DNA of 64,000 nucleotides from an uncultured virus (IMG/VR IMGVR_UViG_3300048503_000069) (IMGVR_UViG_3300048503_000069), one strand, 5' to 3'. Positions 10,616-20,327 are shown, counted from the stretch's first letter. The notes: generated by a model from the sequence alone, not told the origin. Numbers and translations: made by a program.

Positions 10616-12133
10616 ATGGCGACATCGGATTTCTGGCAACGGGTATCGGCTTCTGTTTCTTCTTCTTCTGAATGGGCGGGCGCGTCAGCAGAAGCCCCTG
10701 CGCGCAACTCAAGGGGCACGGCCAAGTTGTGGATGGTTCTGGATGGCATCACCATCCTCGGGTCGGCGATGCTAGCCACCCTGTACGAGATGCATAAGGG
10801 GCCGGTGACCGGGGTAAAAGGCTTCTGGCATGGCACGCTGATTCATGGCCGTTCGATGGGCATCCTGCTGGCGCTTCTGTGCGGATTTGCGGTGTCGCTG
10901 ATGATGACCAGCCGGCGGTTGCATTTGTACACGCCCATACGGCTGACGAGCTTTCTGCGTGAGCAGCGGCTGAGCGTGCAGGCCTGCTTCACCTCCGGGC
11001 TGCTACTTACCGGGACGCTGTACCTGATTCATGCCGAGGACATTCCGCGCAGCATCGTGCTGATCACGGTGGGTCTGGTGACCATCTTGCTGAGCCTGCG
11101 GCGGCTGGTTTACCGGATGCTGATCTACCGGCGGTTCGAGCGCGGCGTGGGCACCCGCAACGTGCTGATCGTGGGCACCGGACCTGAGGCGCAGGCACTC
11201 CGCCTTCACCTCGAGAACCTGCGGCATCTGGGCTACACCTTCAAGGGCTTCATCGACTTTCCGGGCTCGGGTTCCCGCTTTAAGACGACCTCCGGCGATG
11301 TTGTGGGCACGCTCGATACGATGTTCCAGGTCGCGCGCAAGCAATTTGTGGATGAGATATTCTTTACCAATCCCTGCGCACGCGGGATCGTGCAGGAGGC
11401 ATTGGCGCAGGCGCGGACGCAGGGCGTGGATCTGCGCGTGGTTCCCGACTTGTACGACGGCCTGGCATGGAACAGCCCCATCGAGTACATCGGCCAGTTC
11501 CCCACCATTCCGCTGCACTGCGGCCACGTACCGGAGATTGGCCTGCTGCTGAAGAGAACCATGGACATCGTGCTCGCGACCCTGTTCCTGATCGTGATTT
11601 CTCCCGTATTGCTGGCGATCGCACTGGCGGTGCGGCTGGATTCGCACGGCCCGGTGTTCTACTTCTCCGAGCGCCTCGGCAAGAAGGGCCGCGTCTTCCG
11701 CTGCATCAAGTTCCGCACCATGGTTCGCGACGCGGAGAAGCGCCGCGCCGACGTGATGCACATGAACGAGCGGGACGGGGTGTTGTTCAAGATCGCCAAC
11801 GATCCGCGCATCACCAAACTGGGCCGGTTCCTGCGCAAGTATTCGCTGGATGAGCTGCCCCAGTTCTTCAATGTGCTGCGCGGCGACATGAGCATCGTCG
11901 GCCCTCGTCCGCCCATTGCCAGCGAGGTTAAGGAGTACGAGCTGAACCACCTGCGCCGGCTGGACGTGACGCCGGGCATCACCGGTCTGTGGCAGGTGCA
12001 AGCGCGCCAGGACCCGTCGTTCGACAACTATATCTCGCTGGATGTGACGTACATCGAGACCTGGAGCATCTGGCTGGACCTGAAGATCATCGGTCGCACC
12101 GTCGGCGTGGTGTTGGCGGGAACGGGCTCCTGA
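10616..12133 (+). CDS. Priming sugar transferase (WcaJ/CpsE-like polyprenyl-phosphate hexose-1-P transferase)
   Basis: N-terminal TM helices; KFRTM, DPRITKLGRFLRKYSLDELPQ, VGPRP, PGITGLWQV. Confidence 0.93.
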   Translation: MATSDFWQRVSASVSSSSEWAGASAEAPARNSRGTAKLWMVLDGITILGSAMLATLYEMHKGPVTGVKGFWHGTLIHGRSMGILLALLCGFAVSLMMTSRRLHLYTPIRLTSFLREQRLSVQACFTSGLLLTGTLYLIHAEDIPRSIVLITVGLVTILLSLRRLVYRMLIYRRFERGVGTRNVLIVGTGPEAQALRLHLENLRHLGYTFKGFIDFPGSGSRFKTTSGDVVGTLDTMFQVARKQFVDEIFFTNPCARGIVQEALAQARTQGVDLRVVPDLYDGLAWNSPIEYIGQFPTIPLHCGHVPEIGLLLKRTMDIVLATLFLIVISPVLLAIALAVRLDSHGPVFYFSERLGKKGRVFRCIKFRTMVRDAEKRRADVMHMNERDGVLFKIANDPRITKLGRFLRKYSLDELPQFFNVLRGDMSIVGPRPPIASEVKEYELNHLRRLDVTPGITGLWQVQARQDPSFDNYISLDVTYIETWSIWLDLKIIGRTVGVVLAGTGS

Positions 12134-12596
12134 ACTTGCTGTGAGCTTCCCGGGCTTCATGGGCCGTCTCTCTAAGAGGCGGCCCATTTCAATTGGGGGA
12201 ACCCCCGGCTTTGCCGGGGTGGCAGTAGCAGTTTGACATTTACGGGAGTTTGACATGGGCCTGCGGCGCACCCATATGCATGAAAATCCGGGCTTTCCGC
12301 CCTGACTTTCGACGGAGTCTCTCCTCCCGGTTGTTCTCGCAAGAACGTTAGAAGGGCGCGGAGCATGAGCGCCGTCCCTTGTATGTTGCATTCAGAGGCG
12401 TGAGGATAGATTCACGTTTCGGCGGTAAGGCCGTCCGTCCCTTAGGCCAACCTTGGTTGAGCCTGTCCCGTAGATCGGCCGCCGCCCCTCTCTTCTTACG
12501 CCGTGGAGAATCGAAGGCCTTTTGAGCCTGCATGTTCAAGGTTGACGCAAAGAGTGAGTCCGTGTGCGCGGACAGGGGCGGCTGCCGAAGCTCATC

Positions 12597-14588
12597 CTAG
12601 CGCATGTTTGCCGTGGAGGCGTTTAAGTGGTTGAAATGATTGGAGCGATTTTTGAAGTTGGTCACTACACGAGGCATTGTTTGTTCTCCGGCGGTGGGGG
12701 TGGATCGATTTGAGTAATGCCGAGCGCGCGGAGCACTTCGGAGGCATGTTTGTTTCCGCGGGTGACGCAGGATTTGCTGCGTTGCTGGCCGAGATCGACT
12801 TCGACGGAGCGGATTGTTTCCAGAGCTTGCCAAGCAAAAGGCGAGGATAGTTGGCTGCTCGCGGAGCGCAGATTCTTCTCCAAGGCGCGATCCAGTAACA
12901 GCGCCAGCGCAGCTACGAAGACATGAGCCTGCACCCGTTCATCGGTGTGGTGATACACGGGACGGAGTTCGAGCAGGCTCTTGAGATGAGAGAATCCGCG
13001 CTCGACCTCGTTCAGTTCCTTGTAGGCGGCCACGGCCTGAACCGGGGATAGATTGCACTCCTCGGTCTGGATGACGTACTTGCCCTCCAGGGCCATCTCC
13101 CGGGCCAGGTTGGTGGGATGCTCGAAGAAGTGGAACTTGCCGCGGCGCAGTTCCCAGTCAAAATAGCGCTGGCCGTGATGGCGGCGCAGGCGGGTGGCGG
13201 CAGCGGCGCCGATCTTGTCGGCTCCCTTCAATTGCCCTGATTCCACTTGCGCTTTTAAGGCCTCGAGCTCTTTGCGCGCCCGCCCCATGGTCAGTTCCCG
13301 CATACTGCGCTCGTAGACTTCGCGCTCCTCACTGTGCACCACGAAGACCCGCACGCCGGCTTGCTTGCCCGCCACCTCGACTACCCGCGTCTGGGGCACG
13401 ACCATCTTTTCCGCGGCGGCGATGCCCACCGGACACTGCTGCCAGTCGGTGCGTGCTTCCGCCTGCTGGATATAGTCGAAGGTGTCCTTGCGATTGCGTC
13501 TCTGCAGTCCCAGCAAGTAACCCTGCTGGCTCTGCCGCAGCTGCTCCACGTTGCCCATGGTCATCATGCCGCGATCACCGACGAACACCACACGGTTCAG
13601 AGCAAAACGCTGGTTCAGATCCTTCACCACTTCCAGCACTGTGGTCTGGTCCAGACGATTGCCGGCGAAGACGTGATGGGCGACTGGCCATCCATCCATC
13701 ATCACCACCCCGATGACGATCTGCCGGTGGCGCGGCTTGCCGTCGCGACTGTAGCCGAATCGTCCCAACTCCGCCGGGCCGGCCCCTTCGAAGTAGGTCG
13801 AAGTAATGTCGTAGAAGACCAGGTCCGGCTGCAGGCTGAACAGATCACGCAACTCCAGGTAGATGGCCTTTTCGATGCGCTCTTTTTCGGCCAGCAAATC
13901 GTCCAGGCTCTGATACCACAGCTTCAACTGGTCGAAGCCCACCTTGACCCTGCCGGACTGTTTCCACACCGGCATCCAACGACTGCCCTGGGCCGTGCAC
14001 ACATAGAAATCTTCCAGCCATTGCGCCAGCGCGTGCTCGCTGCCCGGACGGCTGAGCCGGTTGGCAAGCAAGGGAAAGATCCTTTCCGACAGCGGCTGCC
14101 CATGGCGCCGGGGAGCCTGGCCGGCATCCAGGATAGCGCCCAAAGAGAGTTTCTCGAAAAGATGCCGGGCGACTAAAACCGGTCCCCAGGTGGAGGCGCG
14201 AGGAGTAGAGATGTCATCGACGGCAACCCAGCCCGGATTCCCTTTCGGCTCTGCCAGAAGCCGGATCAAGGCACCCAGGTGCGGAGTCAACAGGTCCTTG
14301 CGTCCCAGATGAGCTACGATGCGCTGCTTGACCTTGTCCCCTTCGCGAAACGATTCCACCAGGCGGAGATACTCCTGTTGGCCATTGCGTGACTTCACCG
14401 AGCGCAGAAACATGAGACAGGCTCCGAATGACACTACATATAGCGCATTCACGCCGCATAATCAATGATTATTTGCGCACTCAATCAAAATATGTTGGCA
14501 CTACACTTTTCGAAAATCCTCGCTACTGACGATGATAATAAAGGACTTAACTGCTTCCACCCCGCTTTCCATGGCAAACATGCGCTAG
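12597..14588. mobile_element. IS1634-family element
   Basis: IR ctagcgcatgtttgccgtgga (12597-12617) vs tccatggcaaacatgcgctag (14568-14588), 20/21. Confidence 0.88.
12665..14452 (-). CDS. IS1634-family transposase (start probably MFLRSV)
   Basis: FYDITSTYFEG, FGYSRDGKP, VGDRGM, YKELNEVERGFSHLKS..LRPVYH. Confidence 0.93.
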   Translation of the reverse strand: MNALYVVSFGACLMFLRSVKSRNGQQEYLRLVESFREGDKVKQRIVAHLGRKDLLTPHLGALIRLLAEPKGNPGWVAVDDISTPRASTWGPVLVARHLFEKLSLGAILDAGQAPRRHGQPLSERIFPLLANRLSRPGSEHALAQWLEDFYVCTAQGSRWMPVWKQSGRVKVGFDQLKLWYQSLDDLLAEKERIEKAIYLELRDLFSLQPDLVFYDITSTYFEGAGPAELGRFGYSRDGKPRHRQIVIGVVMMDGWPVAHHVFAGNRLDQTTVLEVVKDLNQRFALNRVVFVGDRGMMTMGNVEQLRQSQQGYLLGLQRRNRKDTFDYIQQAEARTDWQQCPVGIAAAEKMVVPQTRVVEVAGKQAGVRVFVVHSEEREVYERSMRELTMGRARKELEALKAQVESGQLKGADKIGAAAATRLRRHHGQRYFDWELRRGKFHFFEHPTNLAREMALEGKYVIQTEECNLSPVQAVAAYKELNEVERGFSHLKSLLELRPVYHHTDERVQAHVFVAALALLLDRALEKNLRSASSQLSSPFAWQALETIRSVEVDLGQQRSKSCVTRGNKHASEVLRALGITQIDPPPPPENKQCLV

Positions 14589-14603
14589 CGCCCCAGGAGG
14601 CTT

Positions 14604-14972
14604 ATGAGCAAGCAAATCGTTTCCATCGGCAAGTCTGTTTCTTCCTCTGACACATCAACGGAAACTTCAACCAACCCCCAGCAGGCAAGAGTTTTTTGTG
14701 GCATTGACGTCAGCCGCGAGTCTCTGGCCGTGGCCGTTCTCACGCCGGACCAACCCATCGAACAACGCGAGTTTGCCAACTCGGCCAGCGGCCACAAGGC
14801 GCTGATTGCCTGGCTGGGCAAGATGAAGGCTCTGGCGCGGGTCTCACTGGAGGCTACCGGCATTTACTCGATGGACCTGGCGCTGGCGCTGGATGCGGCT
14901 ACCGGAATCGAGGTGGCAGTGCTGAACCCCAAGCGGGTTCATGATTTTGCCAAGTCGATGATGCGGCGCTCA
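14604..14972 (+). pseudogene. IS110-family transposase, N-terminal part only, cut at the junction
   Basis: CGIDVSRESL, LEATGIY, VLNPKRVHDFAKSMMRRS; sequence switches just before the expected KTD motif. Confidence 0.85.
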
Positions 14973-15461
14973 AGCAAACCACTTCCCCATAGAACGCTTG
15001 TTTATGTTCAGCCGTTTTATCACACCTTCAATCGGGCGATGCAACACTATCTTGACGTTTCCTATCTTTGACAGCATTAAATCATCTGCTTTAAGAGCGA
15101 ATCCCATTTGTGGGTAGGTGAATGAATCATAGCGCCCTTTGCCTTTGAACCTCGGATAACCTGCTTCTTTCTCTCCTGCTTTGACACGTCTAAAGAACGC
15201 TTTGAAGGCTAAGTCCACACGTTGAGAGACTTCTTGTAGCACTTGCGAATGAACGCTTGTCAGCTCCGGTCTATCACGCTTCCATATTGGTATCAACTTG
15301 TTCGTGTCATATCTGCCAAGTGTCACACCCTTTGACTCATATGCGGTCTTTCGCGTGGCTAATACCTCATTATATACCCATCGGCACAACTCTAAGGTTT
15401 GATTCATCTTAGTTTCCTGTGCCTTTGTCGGATAGAGCCGATAGCGATAGACCTTATGCAT
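14970..15461 (-). pseudogene. tnpB: TnpB N-terminal fragment, truncated at the junction
   Basis: YRYRLYPT, CRWVYN, AFKAFFRRVK, GYPRFK; closely similar to 56332-57432; no RuvC. Confidence 0.9.
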
Positions 15462-15556
15462 TGTTTATCTATTGGCATTATTAGCATAAGAATGTTAGGG
15501 TTAGGAACGCTCTGTATCCCCACCTTAAAAGGTTGGGGTTTTATCGCTGCTCACTC
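15462..15556 (-). mobile_element. IS605/IS1341-type left end
   Basis: Minus strand TTTAT followed by hairpin ccccaacc-ttttaa-ggtgggg upstream of tnpB. Confidence 0.65.
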
Positions 15557-15779
15557 ATAAAGAAAGCATCATAGCAAAATACGGCCAAATAGGCGACGAC
15601 GAGCAGGTACACATAGTTCAGTTTAGAAGAGAGTAAAAACTATTAACAAGTGTTAACCTATCTAAAGTGAGGGATTTCGTTCCTAGGCTCAACGAGACGG
15701 GAATGGATTCCCGTTTTTCACTTTAGGAGGAAGACACCATTCGAAAAAGAACTAAAGTTTTAATAGTATCGGCGTTCTC

Positions 15780-16004
15780 GTGCTACTTCTCATACTTGGC
15801 GTTTATCTGGTGATTAGTCCGCCGTCGGTTACCCCTACACCAACACCGTCACCAACGCCATTAGTCACACCAACGCCGACACCCACCCCACCACCGTCAC
15901 CAAGCCCGAAACCGACACCAACACCGAACCCGCCAGCGCCAGCACCAAAACCTGCACCAATTCCCTCGCCAACGTGTCGACCGTGTTATGTGACTTATGG
16001 ATAA
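15780..16004 (+). CDS. Membrane-anchored Pro/Thr-rich protein
   Basis: Hydrophobic N-terminus then (PT)n repeats; start uncertain. Confidence 0.55.
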   Translation: MLLLILGVYLVISPPSVTPTPTPSPTPLVTPTPTPTPPPSPSPKPTPTPNPPAPAPKPAPIPSPTCRPCYVTYG

Positions 16005-16252
16005 GTGCGATAGCTGCGCGAACTATCTTCATTGCGACATAAAGCCGCGAGAGAACTGCGACGCGTATCGATACAGCGAGCTTCGTGATACGGCGCGGTG
16101 GGTCTGCTAAACTTCTAAGCTAGAAAAAGCACCTACCGCTTTTATTCTTCTTTTTCTCTTAACTATCATAATATCAAAATAGCATTAGCTATTTATACAG
16201 GGGCGGCCTTTAGTAATTTGTGTGAAGTGTAAGCTTCACGAGGTGACTAACA

Positions 16253-16540
16253 ATGCCTACAACCGAAGAAAACTGGGAATTCCTCGAGAACCTCGTTCTT
16301 AAGGAAATCGACCGTGAAAACGAAAAACTCGCGTACTGGGTAGAAGTGCTCGCAGAATATGGCGCAGACCTTCATAAGATTAGCGAGGAAGAACTAACTT
16401 CCGTTCCCGCGCACGTCGAGGTCAACGAAAAGCTCATCGGTACTCTTACGGGTATAAAGACCGCAGTAGCCGCCGCTGAGAAGTCGAACAACGCGCTTCT
16501 TATCGCGAAGCACCAGCTTCTCGAGCTTTACAACGCGTAA
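16253..16540 (+). CDS. Hypothetical helical protein with its own promoter
   Basis: tttatac TATA ~16192, 5' hairpin, GAGGTGA RBS, clean ORF. Confidence 0.75.
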   Translation: MPTTEENWEFLENLVLKEIDRENEKLAYWVEVLAEYGADLHKISEEELTSVPAHVEVNEKLIGTLTGIKTAVAAAEKSNNALLIAKHQLLELYNA

Positions 16541-16585
16541 CAGCAGACGAGATGGTTAAGAGGCTTATACGAACGTGGAGGTCGG

Positions 16586-17026
16586 TCACCTCATAACTTC
16601 GCGAATTAAATCCTCTTTCGTATCGTTCTCTTTTTCTTTTTCTATAACCCTAACTACATTAAGTAGGTCATAGAAAATAATACGTCGAAGGTGAATCTCT
16701 TCGTATAAAAAAGTTTTAAGGTCTTCATCGCGCACGTTGCTCGCGAGATGTTCAGCGTCTTGGATAAGTCCTAGGATATGTTCTACTTGCGCTAAGTGCG
16801 ACTCGTGAGGCACATACTCCTGCGGGTCGTACCTCGCAGGGAAGTACACCTGCCAAACGCCACCAAACTCTGAATCGATTCGTCGAAACTTAGTTATACA
16901 ACGCGCGTGGCAGGTTCTATCTCTAGAATCTAGAATTATACTCTCGTCAAAGCCAGCTCTATCGGTTATTCTATGCGCCGTGCTTTCACGAATCTTAGGT
17001 TTTTCTTTCTGTGTCATAACCTGCAC
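16586..17026 (-). CDS. Hypothetical protein
   Basis: 146-aa ORF downstream of the minus-strand HNH gene. Confidence 0.55.
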   Translation of the reverse strand: MQVMTQKEKPKIRESTAHRITDRAGFDESIILDSRDRTCHARCITKFRRIDSEFGGVWQVYFPARYDPQEYVPHESHLAQVEHILGLIQDAEHLASNVRDEDLKTFLYEEIHLRRIIFYDLLNVVRVIEKEKENDTKEDLIREVMR

Positions 17027-17061
17027 TCGATTTCATAAATGTGCGCGATTCATTATAAAGT

Positions 17062-17646
17062 CTACGGTTCACTTGTAGCCGCATCATCTTTATCGTGGGG
17101 ACAAAAACCGTAGTGGCCTATTGAGGTGTTACAGTTATGACATAAAACACGATAGCCACTCGGAAAGTTATTCTTCTTTAGCCACCTAAAGATTCCGTTT
17201 CCGCGGTAGCCTAGCTCATTTAGTTTAGCTCTATGTTTCGCACCACCGCCGTCTTTATGGTCTATCGCTAAAAATTGAATATGAGATTCGCCACAACACG
17301 CGCATCTTAGCGTACCGTTAGAATAATGAGAAAGAACCTCTTTTCTAAGTTTTTCTCTATGTTGTTGCTTTAATTCTTTATTATTTAATACGCGGCAGCT
17401 ATTACAATAGTCCGTTGTATTACTTCTTATGCTTCTTGGTCTAAACTCTACTCCACATCGCTTACATAGCTTTTGCGGTGGTTGGATTAAGTATGTATAA
17501 CACTCGTCGCAATAATAAAGCGTGAAATGTGGCACAGCATTACCGTGTCTGGTAGTGGTAAAGATTGTACCACAACGTTTACATGGCTTAGGTTCTGTCC
17601 CTATGCGTCGCGATTGATTGTACTCAGCTACCTTACCTCGTTGCAT
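17062..17646 (-). CDS. Zn-finger HNH endonuclease, family A
   Basis: HYSNG..CACCGE..FLAIDH..G.G..HR...WL..FPSGYRVLCHNCN..G.YGFCPH. Confidence 0.85.
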   Translation of the reverse strand: MQRGKVAEYNQSRRIGTEPKPCKRCGTIFTTTRHGNAVPHFTLYYCDECYTYLIQPPQKLCKRCGVEFRPRSIRSNTTDYCNSCRVLNNKELKQQHREKLRKEVLSHYSNGTLRCACCGESHIQFLAIDHKDGGGAKHRAKLNELGYRGNGIFRWLKKNNFPSGYRVLCHNCNTSIGHYGFCPHDKDDAATSEP

Positions 17647-18018
17647 TATAGAGATGTATGATATACTAGCTTATAGATATTACGCGCTATCGAAATTAAC
17701 CATATGTTAATTATACACGATAAATCTCACTCTCATAAAAACACTTAAATACGATATAGGCGCTCTATGTATTGAAAACTCTAAAGGAGGTAGTATATCA
17801 GGAAACGTGCAAAAGTTCGGTGCAATAGAGAAATTCGGAGACGTGCGTCTTTAAACATTCATCTCCAAAAGATAGAGCTTTCGACACACGTCTTTTAAAT
17901 TTATCGACTTTGTCACCTCAGCGCCTAGGGTGCGACTCTGTAACCTCACCTCCCGCAGTGTCGCGCCCTCGTATCTCAAAGAGTTTTTATCGAAACATAA
18001 AAAAAGGAAAACAATATA

Positions 18019-18525
18019 ATGCCTAAATTCTATACCGCAGAGGAAGTTAGCGAAATGAACAGCGCAGAAACTTCCGAAGACCAATCAGACAACGACGCCC
18101 CGTCGAACGGAAGCTATGAATCTTCCTTCGAGCATCAGTCTTTTAAGCTGCAACGCCCGAAGAGAGTAGCTAAGATTCCCGTAGGCGAATACGAAGCAAC
18201 GATTTCTAAGATAAAACAAACTCGAGAGCCGAGTTATGAAGACCGCGAGATTCTTGTTGATAGAGTTGCGGTTCTACTCGAGTTAGACTATAAGTCGCTC
18301 GTAACGGGAAAAGAAGAACATGGCTTCGTTCAAAAGAGAATGAATCTAAGCTTCCACGAGAAAGCTAAACTTTCCGAGTTTCTACGAGCCGCCACTGGCG
18401 ACCTGCCGGATGAGGTCGATAGCGACGCACTCATAGGAAAGAAGGTTAAAATAACTATTCTACATAACGAGTCAAAAGCAGGAGATACGTACGATAACGT
18501 AGCTAAGTTTTCGAAGGTGAAGTAA
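18019..18525 (+). CDS. Putative ssDNA-binding/replication protein (DUF669-like)
   Basis: IPVGEYEATI, LSFHEKAKL, DALIGKKVKITI, TYDNV pattern. Confidence 0.55.
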   Translation: MPKFYTAEEVSEMNSAETSEDQSDNDAPSNGSYESSFEHQSFKLQRPKRVAKIPVGEYEATISKIKQTREPSYEDREILVDRVAVLLELDYKSLVTGKEEHGFVQKRMNLSFHEKAKLSEFLRAATGDLPDEVDSDALIGKKVKITILHNESKAGDTYDNVAKFSKVK

Positions 18526-18794
18526 TGTCTCAGCTCAAATACGACGATGTAATGGGTAAAGAGGCACAAGATAAGCTAACCGGGCTTAAAGGGATTATTG
18601 TAGCCGTAGGGGAATACTATAACGGCTGCGTTCAGTACCTCGTTAAACCGGCAGAGATAAAGGACGGTAAACGCATCGAGGGCGAATGGATTGATAGAGA
18701 ATTCTTAGAAATTCTCGGTCAGAAGCTCACACGCGAGAACGTTAAACCGGCCGGTGGTCCTAGTTCTAGTGACCCGCCGTTGGGTGTTATTTAA
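18525..18794 (+). CDS. Phage hypothetical protein
   Basis: DKLTGLKGIIVA..EYYNGCVQYLV pattern; overlapping start/stop. Confidence 0.7.
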   Translation: MSQLKYDDVMGKEAQDKLTGLKGIIVAVGEYYNGCVQYLVKPAEIKDGKRIEGEWIDREFLEILGQKLTRENVKPAGGPSSSDPPLGVI

Positions 18795-18795
18795 C

Positions 18796-18978
18796 GTTTC
18801 AGGCGGGAAGTCTCCTTCCGAAAGGTGGGAGATGAGAGCCGCTCTTATCCAACACAAACCTTTATAGTTATAGAAAACAATGAGGAACTATGAAATATCA
18901 ACTAAGCAAAGGCGCTCATTCCGTCTACGCACTCCAATACCACTTCGTTCAGTGTGTCAAATATAGGCGCGATGCTTT
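18796..18978 (+). mobile_element. IS200/IS605 remnant: left end plus tnpA 5' fragment
   Basis: TTAAC then gtttcagg and hairpin; MKYQLSKGAHSVYALQYHFVQCVKYRR identical to tnpA at 55931, then diverges. Confidence 0.85.
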
Positions 18979-19074
18979 GGTTGAGCCATGGCTCAGTGAG
19001 AACGATTATCCTGTCTTGAAAAAAGTAGACGGCGTTCTTAACTGGGAATGGGTTATGTGGCAACTTAGGCAATT

Positions 19075-19764
19075 ATGATAGACACAATAATCTGCGGCGA
19101 CTGCCTTGAGGTTTTAGAAGAGATGCCTGATAACTATGTGGATGCAATTATAACTGACCCCCCTTACTCAAGCGGTGCGCGACGTGACGCAAACGCGAAT
19201 CTGCGACAGGCGCGTCGTCGAGGGGAAGATAAGCGCGCGTTCAGCAATGATACACTCACAAGCAAAACGTTCGCGTGGTTTATGCGGGCGTGCGGCTTAC
19301 AATGGGCGCGCGTCTTAAAACCAGACGGCCATTTATTAATATTTATTGACTGGTATCACGGATATAATATAGCAAACGCATTAGAAACGGCTGGGCTGAA
19401 ACAGGTTAATTTAGTTGTATGGGACAAGCAGTACTTTGGTATGGGGCATTACTTCCGCAATCAGCATGAACTAATATTACATTTTTTAAACTACGAACGT
19501 CCAAAACCGTTTGCGCAGAACGTAGGAAACGTTATCTCAATAAAACCAATCCGTAACGGAATACACCCAACGGAAAAACCAGTTGAGTTGATAGAACGTA
19601 TGTTACCCGTGGTAACTAATGAATACGACACCGTTCTCGACCCCTTTGCGGGCAGCGGCACAATCGCAGTCGCATGCCGTCGCAGCAACCGCCACTATAT
19701 CTGCATCGAAAAAGAACCAGAATACTGCGCGATTGCTGAGAAACGAATCGCGGAGATGTTGTGA
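19075..19764 (+). CDS. DNA N6-adenine/N4-cytosine methyltransferase, beta class
   Basis: TDPPY, HPTEKP, VLDPFAGSGT in beta order. Confidence 0.93.
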   Translation: MIDTIICGDCLEVLEEMPDNYVDAIITDPPYSSGARRDANANLRQARRRGEDKRAFSNDTLTSKTFAWFMRACGLQWARVLKPDGHLLIFIDWYHGYNIANALETAGLKQVNLVVWDKQYFGMGHYFRNQHELILHFLNYERPKPFAQNVGNVISIKPIRNGIHPTEKPVELIERMLPVVTNEYDTVLDPFAGSGTIAVACRRSNRHYICIEKEPEYCAIAEKRIAEML

Positions 19765-19856
19765 ACGCGCGATAAAATCGGAATGGAGCGTATTCCAGAA
19801 TATAAAGAACTAATGATAGAAACAAATAAAAGAACGAACGTGTTAAAGCATTAGCT

Positions 19857-19952
19857 GTTATCGGTGGGTTCTCCGTCGCTGGTCAGCTCACCAATAACGT
19901 CGACCGCCGACTTACATTCGGTTAGTCACCTCGTAAGCGGCGGTTAACTTTT
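19857..19952 (+). ncRNA. Candidate double-hairpin RNA/terminator with antisense loop
   Basis: Stems 19857-19898 and 19899-19948 then T-run; 19921-19934 is the exact reverse complement of 16238-16251. Confidence 0.5.
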
Positions 19953-19958
19953 ATTCAT

Positions 19959-20327
19959 ATGAAAAAACAATGCGCGTGCGGGACGGTTTTGCTCTATGCT
20001 AAAGAGCGGGGTATTGTTATTCTTCAGTGTCCTAACTGTGGTCGACACTATTCTCTTGGATATATCTATAACGAGATAGAAACCTCATTACCGCTCGACG
20101 TCACCGATAGAAAAATACTATCGTATCTATGCGCGAAACCGTGTTGCACACCCCTAGAGATATGCGCGCTCTTCGACGACGAAGCACCGTCATATGATAC
20201 GATTCTACGTAAAGTGCAAAGACTAGCTAGACACGGCTACGTTGAAGCGCAGAAAAGAAAGAACGGCCGGTGGATTTACTACGCCACCGAAAAGCTAGAG
20301 AGTTTAAATCGAGGTGAAAGGCGCTGA
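19959..20327 (+). CDS. Zn-ribbon plus winged-HTH regulator
   Basis: CACG/CPNCG; LDVTDRKILSYL...VQRLARHGYVE. Confidence 0.7.
   Translation: MKKQCACGTVLLYAKERGIVILQCPNCGRHYSLGYIYNEIETSLPLDVTDRKILSYLCAKPCCTPLEICALFDDEAPSYDTILRKVQRLARHGYVEAQKRKNGRWIYYATEKLESLNRGERR

Noticed and set aside
12196..12252. Possible IS200-type end remnant (ccccggctttgccgggg)
   Set aside because: Hairpin only, no associated transposase; too weak to call.
271..14312. Long antisense/overlapping ORFs (e.g. 1024-1821, 2781-3845, 7601-9007, 11003-12391, 13334-14176)
   Set aside because: Shadows of real GC-rich genes, with no recognisable motifs.
14604..15071. ORF 14604-15071 as an intact protein
   Set aside because: The tail is read-through into antisense tnpB across the junction.
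15825..15970. ccaacaccg-like tandem repeats
   Set aside because: Explained by Pro-Thr codons.
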